Positions 7,725 to 15,607 of a stretch of DNA of 35,382 bases are shown here, one piece after another. Numbering within the stretch: the first letter of the stretch is position 1; each line of letters opens with the position of its first letter. The stretch spans positions 1 through 35,382 of the forward strand of contig JACIWF010000002.1 of the NCBI GenBank assembly GCA_014361095.1, read 5' to 3'. The notes below the pieces were generated by a model that worked only from the letters and a program-made list of their open reading frames with translations, did no database searches and had not been told where the DNA came from. Position numbers and translations under genes: made by a program. The stretch is from Hadesarchaea archaeon. GTDB lineage: Archaea > Hadarchaeota > Hadarchaeia > Hadarchaeales > Hadarchaeaceae.

Positions 7725-8804
7725 TCAGGAACGACACCACTCAACGGTGTCGCGAAAGAGATCCTCCCCATCGCACTCCTTCAACTGAAACTCGTTGCCC
7801 CTGGCACGGTATCGCTCGACCACCAGATCGGGGTCAGCCTGTCCAAGATCGAACTTCATCAGATCCTTAACCGCCAGCGGCAGGGAAATCAGCCCCGTCT
7901 TGTAGTGCATGCTGTAGGGTGCCCTGACATCGCCCATGGGCTTGATTATCGAAGCATCGAGGAGAACCTTTCTCACCCGCTCCTCCTTTTTCGCCGTCTC
8001 TGAGGTTGTCAGCCCGGGCAGCTTCTCAGCGACGCGTGACTCCACAAACCGAACAATGTCAGCATAAAAGCCAAAGTAGTTTCGCTCTCTTCTCTCACTC
8101 CTGAGCCGCTTGGGTTGGTAATCCGAAGGCAACTCGTGAGCCTTGAACCGCGCCCAGATCTGAAAGCCACGAGACCCCGAGAACTTGATGGCGGGCTCAA
8201 CACCGTAATCCATCAGAATCTCATGGGCGACCAGAACCACCTTTTTGGTTTCCTCCAAAGTGACCTCCTTACCTGCATCGAAATCTATAACCAGCCAGTC
8301 GGGACGGTCGCTCCCGATCCGATGCAGATAGGGAATGAAGTCAATTCCGTGAACATCAAGCCACCTCTCGATGTCCCTCCAGCTCCTTATCGTGATGTAG
8401 CGGGGGCCCAGCTTTCGCTGCAACCAGGCACGGCCGGTGAAGAGCCTGAAAACCGAAACCCACCGATCACGGCAGAACTCAAGCAGGGTCTCGGCCACGT
8501 GGGGATAATAACGCTTTGCCCGGTAAACCTTCAGATAATCCTGATTCAGCTCCTCCTTGACCAGACGCCACCTTTTCTCAAAATATTCCCTGCCCTGATC
8601 GGAAATCGAATACTCGCCCGCCTTCTCCACCAAAAGCCCCTTCTTCACCAAGGACTCCAAGAGCTGTCTGGTCTCCTCCTCAGAAAACTTCCTGCCTGCA
8701 TCCCGGCTTATCTTCTCCTGGATGTGGGGCAGGTCAACAAACCTCCCTGCCCTCTTTATCGCCAGCGACATCAGGGCATGGTCCTCAGGGGTCGCCCGCG
8801 ACAA
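7725..8804 (-). CDS. Winged-helix domain fused to an archaeo-eukaryotic primase (AEP) / LigD-PolDom-like primase-polymerase
   Basis: The N-terminal ~75 aa look like a wHTH (...QLLESLVKKGLLVEKAGEYSISDQGREYF). The C-terminal part carries the three AEP motifs: DWLVIDFDAG (DxD), KFSGSRGFQIW (SGxRGxH-like, with Q at the His position) and VLLDASIIKPMGDVRAPYSMHYKTGLISLPL. TTG start preceded by GGTGA. Confidence 0.65.
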   Translation of the reverse strand: MSRATPEDHALMSLAIKRAGRFVDLPHIQEKISRDAGRKFSEEETRQLLESLVKKGLLVEKAGEYSISDQGREYFEKRWRLVKEELNQDYLKVYRAKRYYPHVAETLLEFCRDRWVSVFRLFTGRAWLQRKLGPRYITIRSWRDIERWLDVHGIDFIPYLHRIGSDRPDWLVIDFDAGKEVTLEETKKVVLVAHEILMDYGVEPAIKFSGSRGFQIWARFKAHELPSDYQPKRLRSERRERNYFGFYADIVRFVESRVAEKLPGLTTSETAKKEERVRKVLLDASIIKPMGDVRAPYSMHYKTGLISLPLAVKDLMKFDLGQADPDLVVERYRARGNEFQLKECDGEDLFRDTVEWCRS

Positions 8805-8819
8805 CTTCTCACCAGAAGA

Positions 8820-8990
8820 CTAAGCTCCGGTGATCTCGCTCAGCTTCTCGCCCAGTTTTTTCTCCGCGCAGTTCCAGCAGACAAAGGTGGCCTTCGCCTC
8901 ACCCGGCTTGACCAGCTTAACATAGGCTGAATCGTAGCTCATTATCTGGATCGACTTGCCGCAGAGCTTGCACTTTGGTCCTTTCACCAT
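8820..8990 (-). CDS. Small zinc-ribbon protein (56 aa)
   Basis: Absent from the ORF track. Translation is MVKGPKCKLCGKSIQIMSYDSAYVKLVKPGEAKATFVCWNCAEKKLGEKLSEITGA, with two CxxC pairs. GGTGGAG lies upstream of the ATG. The stop is 15 nt before the primase-polymerase start. Confidence 0.45.
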   Translation of the reverse strand: MVKGPKCKLCGKSIQIMSYDSAYVKLVKPGEAKATFVCWNCAEKKLGEKLSEITGA

Positions 8991-9126
8991 CTTCTCCACC
9001 TGAACCTGTTAACGTTTAGAGTATAAATCGGTTCCAAATAAGAATCTTTACCGTCCCAGCGCTGAACTAAAAATACCGGGTAAAAATCGGCTTTTTTAGA
9101 ATGCGGGCGGAGGTTATATCGAGAAG

Positions 9127-9804
9127 ATGCTGCCAATTCTGACTCCGCCAAAAATTGACCTCGAGAGACTCAGCCAGGTTCAAAAGAAGGTCGCCAAAAT
9201 GGTCATCAAAAAGAATGGTTTCAGTAAGCTAAACACGATTGCCGGCTGCGATGTCTCCTTCTCCCGGGATGACCTAGCCTGCGCTGCCTGCGTGGTCCTC
9301 GACTATCCAGACCTCACCATCCTCAAACAGAAAACTAGGCTGGTGAAGCTGAAATTTCCCTACCTGCCCACCTTTCTCGCCTTCAGGGAACTGGAAGCAA
9401 TGCTGAAGGTACTGCACGGAATTGAGGCCGATGTTTATATGGTTGGTGCCCAAGGAATCGCCCACCCCAGAAGAGCGGGTCTCGCCAGCCACCTTGGGGT
9501 GCTGCTCAACCGACCGACGCTGGGTGTGGCAAAATCAAGGCTCTGCGGCGAGGCTGAGGAGCCGGGTAAAAAACAGGGCAATTTCTCTCTGCTGAAGGAG
9601 AACGGGCAAACCGTCGGCGCGGCGGTCAGGACAAGGGAAGGCAGCAAGCCGGTCTACGTGAGCATCGGCCATATGATCTCGTTACCGACGGCCATCAGGA
9701 TAACTCTGGAGACAGCCAAGGGACATCGCCTTCCGGAACCGCTGAGGCTGGCCCACATCATCGCAACCCAAGCCATGCGGGATAAATTACGGCAATCACA
9801 CTGA
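9127..9804 (+). CDS. nfi: Endonuclease V
   Basis: IAGCDVSF, PYLPTFLAFRE, GAQGIAHPRRAGLASHLGV and PTLGVAKS motifs; 225 aa; GGAGG upstream of the ATG. Confidence 0.9.
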   Translation: MLPILTPPKIDLERLSQVQKKVAKMVIKKNGFSKLNTIAGCDVSFSRDDLACAACVVLDYPDLTILKQKTRLVKLKFPYLPTFLAFRELEAMLKVLHGIEADVYMVGAQGIAHPRRAGLASHLGVLLNRPTLGVAKSRLCGEAEEPGKKQGNFSLLKENGQTVGAAVRTREGSKPVYVSIGHMISLPTAIRITLETAKGHRLPEPLRLAHIIATQAMRDKLRQSH

Positions 9805-9817
9805 ATTTGGTGGTCGA

Positions 9818-10240
9818 TTGAAATACAGGAGATCCCAGCACTTCATCGTGATCAGGCTCGATGAAGACGATAAAGTTGTTGAATCTATGGAAAAGATCTG
9901 TCTCAGAGAAGGGATAACCAGCGGTGTTATCCTTTCAGCCGTGGGGGCGCTTAAGCGCGGCACCTTGATCTTCCGACGAGGTTGCCAGAAAGAATTCCAG
10001 GAGCACCTCGAAATAATCGGTAACGGTAACATAAGTGGGTCCGAGGGAAAGCCCAAGATTCACCTCCACATCGCCGGAGGTAATGATAAGGTCTCCGTGG
10101 CGGGTCATCTGGTGGAGGGAGTGGTCACCGTCTTCTGCGAAATCATTATTCAAGACTTGAGCGGCTTCACCATGGAAAGAAGATTGGATAATAACCTGTT
10201 AAATCAACACGTGCTCAATCCTTATGCGCTCGAACCATAG
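9818..10240 (+). CDS. PPC (DUF296) domain DNA-binding protein
   Basis: HFIVIRLDEDDKVVESMEKICLREGITSGVILSAVGAL...HLHIAGGNDKVSVAGHLVEGVV matches the PPC/DUF296 pattern. TTG start 14 nt after the nfi stop. Confidence 0.7.
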   Translation: MKYRRSQHFIVIRLDEDDKVVESMEKICLREGITSGVILSAVGALKRGTLIFRRGCQKEFQEHLEIIGNGNISGSEGKPKIHLHIAGGNDKVSVAGHLVEGVVTVFCEIIIQDLSGFTMERRLDNNLLNQHVLNPYALEP

Positions 10241-10248
10241 GTGGTCTT

Positions 10249-11088
10249 ATGAAATTCGGTCTTTCCGGTCTGCTCTTCCCCCACGCCACCGTGGAGGAAG
10301 TCATCTCCAACATCGGCAGGCTTGGTGCCGATCACGCCGAGCTGATCTTCGACCTGCCTAATTTCACGCCGGATTTCAGCCTGAGGAAGCTCCCAGGGCT
10401 AAGAAAGCTGGTCGACTCCTATGGTCTGGACATCTCCATCCACGGACCGATCTGGGACCTCAACCCGATCAGCTGGCATGCCGCTGTTAGAGGGTTGGCG
10501 CTGAAGTACATGCAGAAAAGCATCGAGATCTGCAGTGCTCTGGGCGGTGAAATCGTCGTGGTCCACCCGGGCAGATGTCCCTTCCCCCAAGAAGAGAGGT
10601 TTCTCAAACCGGCTCAAGAACGCTTCCTCAACTTCATCAAATGTTCCCTGAAATACTCCAGAAGCCGTGGGGTGAAACTGACTCTGGAGAACTTTCCCAT
10701 GACTACTGAATTCCCCTATTCCTCACCCCAGGAGATGCTCCCGCTGGTTAAAGAACTCGACGGCCTGGGAATAACATTTGATGTGGGGCACGCCTTTCTG
10801 AACAAGACCTGGCAGAAACTGAGTTCTCCCGAAAGAAGAATCGCTGAGGAAATAAAAATGGTTGGAAAATACCTCGCCAACATCCACTTTCACGACAATA
10901 GGGGGGAGCGGGATGAACATCTGCCACCGGGAGAGGGCAGAATAAATTTCAGCCCCATCATCAGGGTTCTCAAAAGTATTGGTTACTCTGGTTGGGTTAC
11001 CGTAGAGCTGCACAAAATCGGCGCCAAGGATCCTGTTGAGACCGGCATGATCGGGCTTGAAAAAACGAGGGAGCTTTTCAGGACGTGA
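10249..11088 (+). CDS. Xylose-isomerase-like TIM-barrel protein (AP_endonuc_2 superfamily; sugar-phosphate isomerase/epimerase or EndoIV-like)
   Basis: Metal-ligand-like pattern SIHGP, VVHPG, LTLEN, FDVGHAF, IHFHDNRGERDEHLPPGEGRINF, VTVELH. 279 aa. The start is 9 nt after the PPC gene stop. Confidence 0.8.
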   Translation: MKFGLSGLLFPHATVEEVISNIGRLGADHAELIFDLPNFTPDFSLRKLPGLRKLVDSYGLDISIHGPIWDLNPISWHAAVRGLALKYMQKSIEICSALGGEIVVVHPGRCPFPQEERFLKPAQERFLNFIKCSLKYSRSRGVKLTLENFPMTTEFPYSSPQEMLPLVKELDGLGITFDVGHAFLNKTWQKLSSPERRIAEEIKMVGKYLANIHFHDNRGERDEHLPPGEGRINFSPIIRVLKSIGYSGWVTVELHKIGAKDPVETGMIGLEKTRELFRT

Positions 11089-12661
11089 ACTCCGCCACCA
11101 CGGTGGTAAACACAGGACCGCGGACATCGATCCTTCTGTTGTTTGAAGTTATGTAGCGCTGCGCTGCCTCATCCAGCTCAAGATTAACATCACCCAGTGA
11201 TTTGGCCGCCCTAACGCGGACTTTCACCGTCCTCTCTCCCCGCTGCGCGGCCAGCTCAATCTCATGCGCTGCCAGGGCTGCAAAACCATCCATGTAGGTG
11301 ATTCCCGTGGCCCTGCCCCGGCTGCGCACGGTATTCAGAAACTCATCTTTCTCCCAGCCCTTTGGCGGCACCCCGATCACGTTGCCATCGTAAACATATA
11401 CCTCATTGAAACCGGCCGGGCCGATCAGCTTGGTGTTGCTCTCGGGTTCCACAACTTTAACGATCACCCGTCTGCCTGCGACCTCGCCTTCAAAGGCCTT
11501 AAACTCGCAGGGACTGGGCTCATCCGCGTGCTCCCGGGCAGTCCTCACGATGGCCTCGGCTATCCTCCTGCCGGCCTCGGTGCTGGGGCCGCGCTGCAAC
11601 CTTATCGCGGCCGCAAGCTCCTCATCGGAAAACTTCACCGCGCGGTAGAGATAGGGGAAGACCAGCGCGCGAATGTCAGTCTCGCCAGTCCGGATCATCA
11701 GCACCCGTTCCAACCCGATCCCCAAGTTAAACACGGGATAAGCGATATCATAGTAGCTCAGCGAAACCGGGCTGTAAAATCCGGCATCGCCGACCTCAAG
11801 GTACTCCCCGGTCTTGGGATGCCTGACGAAAACCTCCGACTCCGTCTGGGGAGCATAGTACTTGGATGTAGTCTTCTTTCTGACCAGCTTGACCTCGTCA
11901 AAGCCCAGCTTCGAAAAAATCTGCCGAGTCACCTCCGCCCCATCCTCCAGCGTCATCCTCTCGGCCATGATAACCATTGACGCGGTCCAAGACTCATAGA
12001 GGTGGCTTTCATCCAGCCTCTGCTCCCTCCGGAACTTGGGGCCGATGGAGAAAAGCTGCAGCGGCAGCGGCTCCCGATGCTGCAGTTCACGGAGGGCACC
12101 AAACCAAGCCGCAGTGGTGTGCGACCTCAGGGTCAAATCCATGGGGACCGGCCTGAGTTCCTTGAACTCGGGAAAAAGTGAGAGAATGGCCGTGGCCTGC
12201 TCCTCCTTTACTCCCAGCTCCTGAACCATGACCCCGACCATTTCGTCCGCATCGATCTCGCCCTTCTTGTAGCGCCTGAAAATCTCCTGAAGCTTCTTAT
12301 GGTCGTCGAAATCGGGAACAATCTTTTTTATCTCCAGAAGCTTTTTTCGGCTGATGCCTATATCCTGCCTCTCCAACCCGGCCAAGAAAAAGATCCGGTC
12401 GAGGATGATGGCGGCCTCAGGACCATACTGGGCTTGCACCTCGCGCTTGTCCACCAGGATAGGCAGGACGACCTCGGTGAATCCGAGATCTAGGAAAACC
12501 CTCCTGACCTCCGCGATCAGCTCAGGTAGCGGGTGGGGTCGGGATTTGTTCTGAAGGACAAAAAACCTCCCCTCCTTTTCGATCAGCTCTCCGCTCTCCA
12601 GCCAAGCTTTTTCATAATCCTTTTCAGCCTTGGACCTGATCTCCCTGATGTCAAACTTCAA
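11078..12661 (-). CDS. sepS: O-phosphoserine--tRNA(Cys) ligase (SepRS)
   Basis: MKFDIREI..., GPEAAIILDRIFFLAGL, LTLRSHTTAAWF, LFSIGPKFRREQ, KYYAPQTESEVF and NLGIGLERVLM closely follow known SepRS sequences. 527 aa. TTG start. Confidence 0.9.
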   Translation of the reverse strand: MKFDIREIRSKAEKDYEKAWLESGELIEKEGRFFVLQNKSRPHPLPELIAEVRRVFLDLGFTEVVLPILVDKREVQAQYGPEAAIILDRIFFLAGLERQDIGISRKKLLEIKKIVPDFDDHKKLQEIFRRYKKGEIDADEMVGVMVQELGVKEEQATAILSLFPEFKELRPVPMDLTLRSHTTAAWFGALRELQHREPLPLQLFSIGPKFRREQRLDESHLYESWTASMVIMAERMTLEDGAEVTRQIFSKLGFDEVKLVRKKTTSKYYAPQTESEVFVRHPKTGEYLEVGDAGFYSPVSLSYYDIAYPVFNLGIGLERVLMIRTGETDIRALVFPYLYRAVKFSDEELAAAIRLQRGPSTEAGRRIAEAIVRTAREHADEPSPCEFKAFEGEVAGRRVIVKVVEPESNTKLIGPAGFNEVYVYDGNVIGVPPKGWEKDEFLNTVRSRGRATGITYMDGFAALAAHEIELAAQRGERTVKVRVRAAKSLGDVNLELDEAAQRYITSNNRRIDVRGPVFTTVVAEFTS

Positions 12662-12663
12662 GC

Positions 12664-13266
12664 TCAGCCTCCCCTCTTTTCCAGCGCTCGCTCTAGACGC
12701 TGTTGCCTCAGGGCCAGGGTCAGGTCCCCCCTGGTCCTCTCCAGCACCTGCCTGACCATATCCTGCCTCCTCCTCATCCCGGGCAGGACAGCATCGGCAT
12801 AATCAAACTCCATCAAGAACTCAAAAATTGTCTCCATCAACTTTAGCATTGCTTCGGCACGTTCGATCTCGTTGGCTCGAATCAGGTCCAAAACGTGACG
12901 CCGCAGCTCCCCTGTCGCGTCTGCCAGCGCCGCCAAGTATGGCTTGTAGGGGATGCCGATCTCTTCGATCTCAGCCAGTTTTTTTTCCATTATCGCTGCC
13001 CTGACGATCTCAGCCTCACCATACTCCTGCTGGGCCGAGAGGACAACTCCAGAATCGGCCAGCTCCGGAGCATCCGCAACCAGTTTCGCCAACGAGTTCA
13101 ACCCTTCCCTCGCCTCGGCGATGAATTCATCGGCTGCCCGCTGGTCGCCCCTGTGGATGGCTGCTATCGCCTTAGCCGATGCCCTTATCGTCCGTCGCGA
13201 GGCCTCCAGCGCCAGCTCCCTCAACTCGGCCTGATGGTCAAAATAAGCCCTCATCCTCTCCAGCAC
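12664..13266 (-). CDS. Translin-family protein (archaeal)
   Basis: 200 aa all-helical protein with a YLAALADATGELRRHVLDLIR core typical of archaeal translin-like proteins. The stop is 2 nt before the SepRS start. Confidence 0.65.
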   Translation of the reverse strand: MLERMRAYFDHQAELRELALEASRRTIRASAKAIAAIHRGDQRAADEFIAEAREGLNSLAKLVADAPELADSGVVLSAQQEYGEAEIVRAAIMEKKLAEIEEIGIPYKPYLAALADATGELRRHVLDLIRANEIERAEAMLKLMETIFEFLMEFDYADAVLPGMRRRQDMVRQVLERTRGDLTLALRQQRLERALEKRGG

Positions 13267-13326
13267 GTTTGCGCCTCCTTCAATAACTAAATAGTTGAAC
13301 TATTCAAGGCTTGTGGCTGCCGTCAG

Positions 13327-14244
13327 CTATCCTCTGCTCAGAAGGGCTACACGGCTGAGTTCCGCCTCATCTGAAAAGTTGTAACCGCTGCCCGCTGCAA
13401 TTGCTCGAGCAAAATCGACAATTTCGGAGTGAAGCGGCATGTTCTCCAGACCCAGCCTGCTCCGCGAATAACCGACGCACATGTAAGCCTTGACCTCGAC
13501 AAAATCAGCATCTGTCCGTGAAATCATTTTCGCATATGACTGGGGGTCCGTGAAATTCAGGCCCTTTGCCAATGTCAGCCGGATGACCCTGCGACAGCTG
13601 AACGAGGATAAAATCTCAAGACTCTGCATGAGCCGATCCCAGCCATCGCTCAACACCGGGCGACAGACTTTTTTATATGCCTCCGGGTCTGGTGCCACCA
13701 AGGAGATGTAAAGTTGGGTGGGCTCCTCCATCTTTTCTAAGACCTCAGGATGTTGTCCGTTGCTCACCAGAAAACTGGTCATCCCTCGCCTGCGACACTC
13801 CTCGATCAGGCTGTTGATCTTGGGATAAAGCGTCGGCTCCCCGGCAAGTGAAATTGCACAATGGTTGGGATTCAGAGCTTCACGAAACTTTCTCTTATCC
13901 ACCTCAGGGTTGCCTCCAAACCCGCTTATCAGGAGCCGCTGTGCAGCGATGGCTCCGTCCAGGATTTCTGATGGCTCATCGACACCTCCCTCCCACCTCG
14001 GACTGGTTACCTCAGTGTTGCGCCAACAGAAGATGCAGCTGTGATCGCAGAAGGGAAGACCCGGTGCCAGCTGCAGGCATCTGTGGCTCTGGATGCCGTA
14101 GAACTTCTGCTTGTAGCAAAATCCGCGGTTCAGCAGGCTTTTCCTCGTCCAATGGCAGACCTTCACTGCGGCATGGCGATTCCTGCCCACAAAGCGATAG
14201 CCCGCCTTTTCCAGCTCCAATAATTTATCCGACGGAATGAACAT
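13327..14244 (-). CDS. taw1: tRNA 4-demethylwyosine synthase (Taw1/TYW1, radical SAM)
   Basis: CYKQKFYGIQSHRCLQLAP...CDHSCIFCWR (CxxxCxxC cluster motif) and ISLAGEPTLYP; 305 aa. Confidence 0.9.
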   Translation of the reverse strand: MFIPSDKLLELEKAGYRFVGRNRHAAVKVCHWTRKSLLNRGFCYKQKFYGIQSHRCLQLAPGLPFCDHSCIFCWRNTEVTSPRWEGGVDEPSEILDGAIAAQRLLISGFGGNPEVDKRKFREALNPNHCAISLAGEPTLYPKINSLIEECRRRGMTSFLVSNGQHPEVLEKMEEPTQLYISLVAPDPEAYKKVCRPVLSDGWDRLMQSLEILSSFSCRRVIRLTLAKGLNFTDPQSYAKMISRTDADFVEVKAYMCVGYSRSRLGLENMPLHSEIVDFARAIAAGSGYNFSDEAELSRVALLSRG

Positions 14245-14248
14245 CCGA

Positions 14249-15232
14249 TCACTCCGCCCTATTCAATCTCCGCTGGAGCATCTTGACGATCTGTTTTTTA
14301 ACCTCTTCCAGCGAGCCTTTACCGGTAACGCTAGCGGCACCTGCATGACCACCGCCGCTGCCGTTGAACTGTTTCCCCAGTTCCTCCATAATCTCCCCGA
14401 GGTGCACCCCGGTCTCCCTGAGGAACTCCGAGCTGGCCCGGCCACTGATCCTGAACTCTCCCTTCTCCTCCGACCCGACAAAGGCCACATCTGCACCAAT
14501 CCTCACCAGCATTCCAGCGGCATCGCCCTCAAATGAACCCAGATCGGAAAAAACAACCAGTCGTCCGTTAATGCGCTGCAGCTCGGAGCGCCCGGCGGCC
14601 TTCAGCATGGCCACCCGCCTAGAGAGATCAGTTGGTGGTTTGAGCAGCTCGAGCACTCGATTGTAGTCTGCCCCTGCTCTCAACAGCCCCTCAACCGCTG
14701 TAAAGGTCTCTGGATTAGCGAACCTGAAATGACCCGTGTCACTGATGACCCCGGCCAGCAACAGCGACGCCTGCTCAGGTGTCGGCTTCACCCCCATCTC
14801 GACCAGTAGCCGATAAATGAGCTCCGACTCTGAGGTTATCTCCTCACGAACATAGTAAAACTTAGCCAGCTGCTTTGTTTCCTCGACGGGTTTATGGTGA
14901 TCAATAACCGCAAATGGAATCCCAGAATTTCTCAGTTTATCACCATACTCGCCCAGATGACCAAAGCTTGAGGTGTCGACAAAAACGGCGAGATCAAAAT
15001 CAAGTTCTGGGTTCAACTCGATCTTCCGGTTAAAGCTGGCCAAAACCGCCTCGGATATCGCGGCGAGATCGTCGGCTGCCGCTGGCCTCGCCTGGGTTCC
15101 CAACTCCGACAGCACCTCGGCCAGGACCACGGCGCTGGCAACGGCGTCAGGGTCGGCGTTGCGGTGACAGATGACAACGATGCGCTGGCCACTTCTGGCA
15201 GCCTGGGATAAAAAGTCAGCCGCCTCTTTCAT
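14249..15232 (-). CDS. DHH/DHHA1 phosphoesterase (NrnA-like nanoRNase / pAp phosphatase type)
   Basis: ICHRNADPDAVAS, FVDTSS, VIDHHKP and GGGHAGAAS motifs; 327 aa. Confidence 0.8.
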   Translation of the reverse strand: MKEAADFLSQAARSGQRIVVICHRNADPDAVASAVVLAEVLSELGTQARPAAADDLAAISEAVLASFNRKIELNPELDFDLAVFVDTSSFGHLGEYGDKLRNSGIPFAVIDHHKPVEETKQLAKFYYVREEITSESELIYRLLVEMGVKPTPEQASLLLAGVISDTGHFRFANPETFTAVEGLLRAGADYNRVLELLKPPTDLSRRVAMLKAAGRSELQRINGRLVVFSDLGSFEGDAAGMLVRIGADVAFVGSEEKGEFRISGRASSEFLRETGVHLGEIMEELGKQFNGSGGGHAGAASVTGKGSLEEVKKQIVKMLQRRLNRAE

Positions 15233-15241
15233 CTGGTCCGC

Positions 15242-15607
15242 CTAGCTCGCCAAGCCCTCTGGTCTCTGCCCCTTCAGCGCCTCATCGATCTTGCTCTGCA
15301 TCTCCCTCAAGCGCTGGATGGCCCTTTCACTCTGGCGTTCCAAGGTCTTAATCCTCAGATCCAGTGTCTCCTTCTGTTCGGCAAGGCTTTTCTGAAGTTC
15401 AACTTTGTTGGTCTTCACCAATATCGTTCCCAAGCTCTTGTAGACCACGGCGTCGTCCGGCAGCTTGGCCAGCTCCTCATGCGCCCTCTCGGTCTCGCGC
15501 AGCAGGACCTCAAGCTGCTGCCTCTGACTCATCAATATCTGCGCTTGCTGCTGCGCCTGTTGAAACTGGGCCAGCTGATGCCTTAGTTGAGGCGAAATCT
15601 TATCCAT
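15242..15607 (-). CDS. pfdB: Prefoldin beta subunit
   Basis: Coiled coil - beta hairpin - coiled coil pattern (QLAQFQQAQQQAQ..., VYKSLGTILVKT, ...LERQSERAIQRLREMQ). The internal ATG giving MDKISPQL... is preferred over the upstream track start at 15643. Confidence 0.85.
   Translation of the reverse strand: MDKISPQLRHQLAQFQQAQQQAQILMSQRQQLEVLLRETERAHEELAKLPDDAVVYKSLGTILVKTNKVELQKSLAEQKETLDLRIKTLERQSERAIQRLREMQSKIDEALKGQRPEGLAS

Noticed and set aside
8115-8930. 271-aa plus-strand ORF
   Set aside because: It lies entirely antisense to the primase-polymerase and Zn-ribbon genes. It is low-complexity (P/L/Q-rich) with no recognisable motifs. This is a typical shadow ORF in GC-rich coding DNA.
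11264-11980. 238-aa plus-strand ORF (and 11406-11648, 12036-12554 ORFs)
   Set aside because: These are antisense to the unambiguous SepRS gene, with a composition (G/A/P/L/R-rich) typical of reverse-frame translation.
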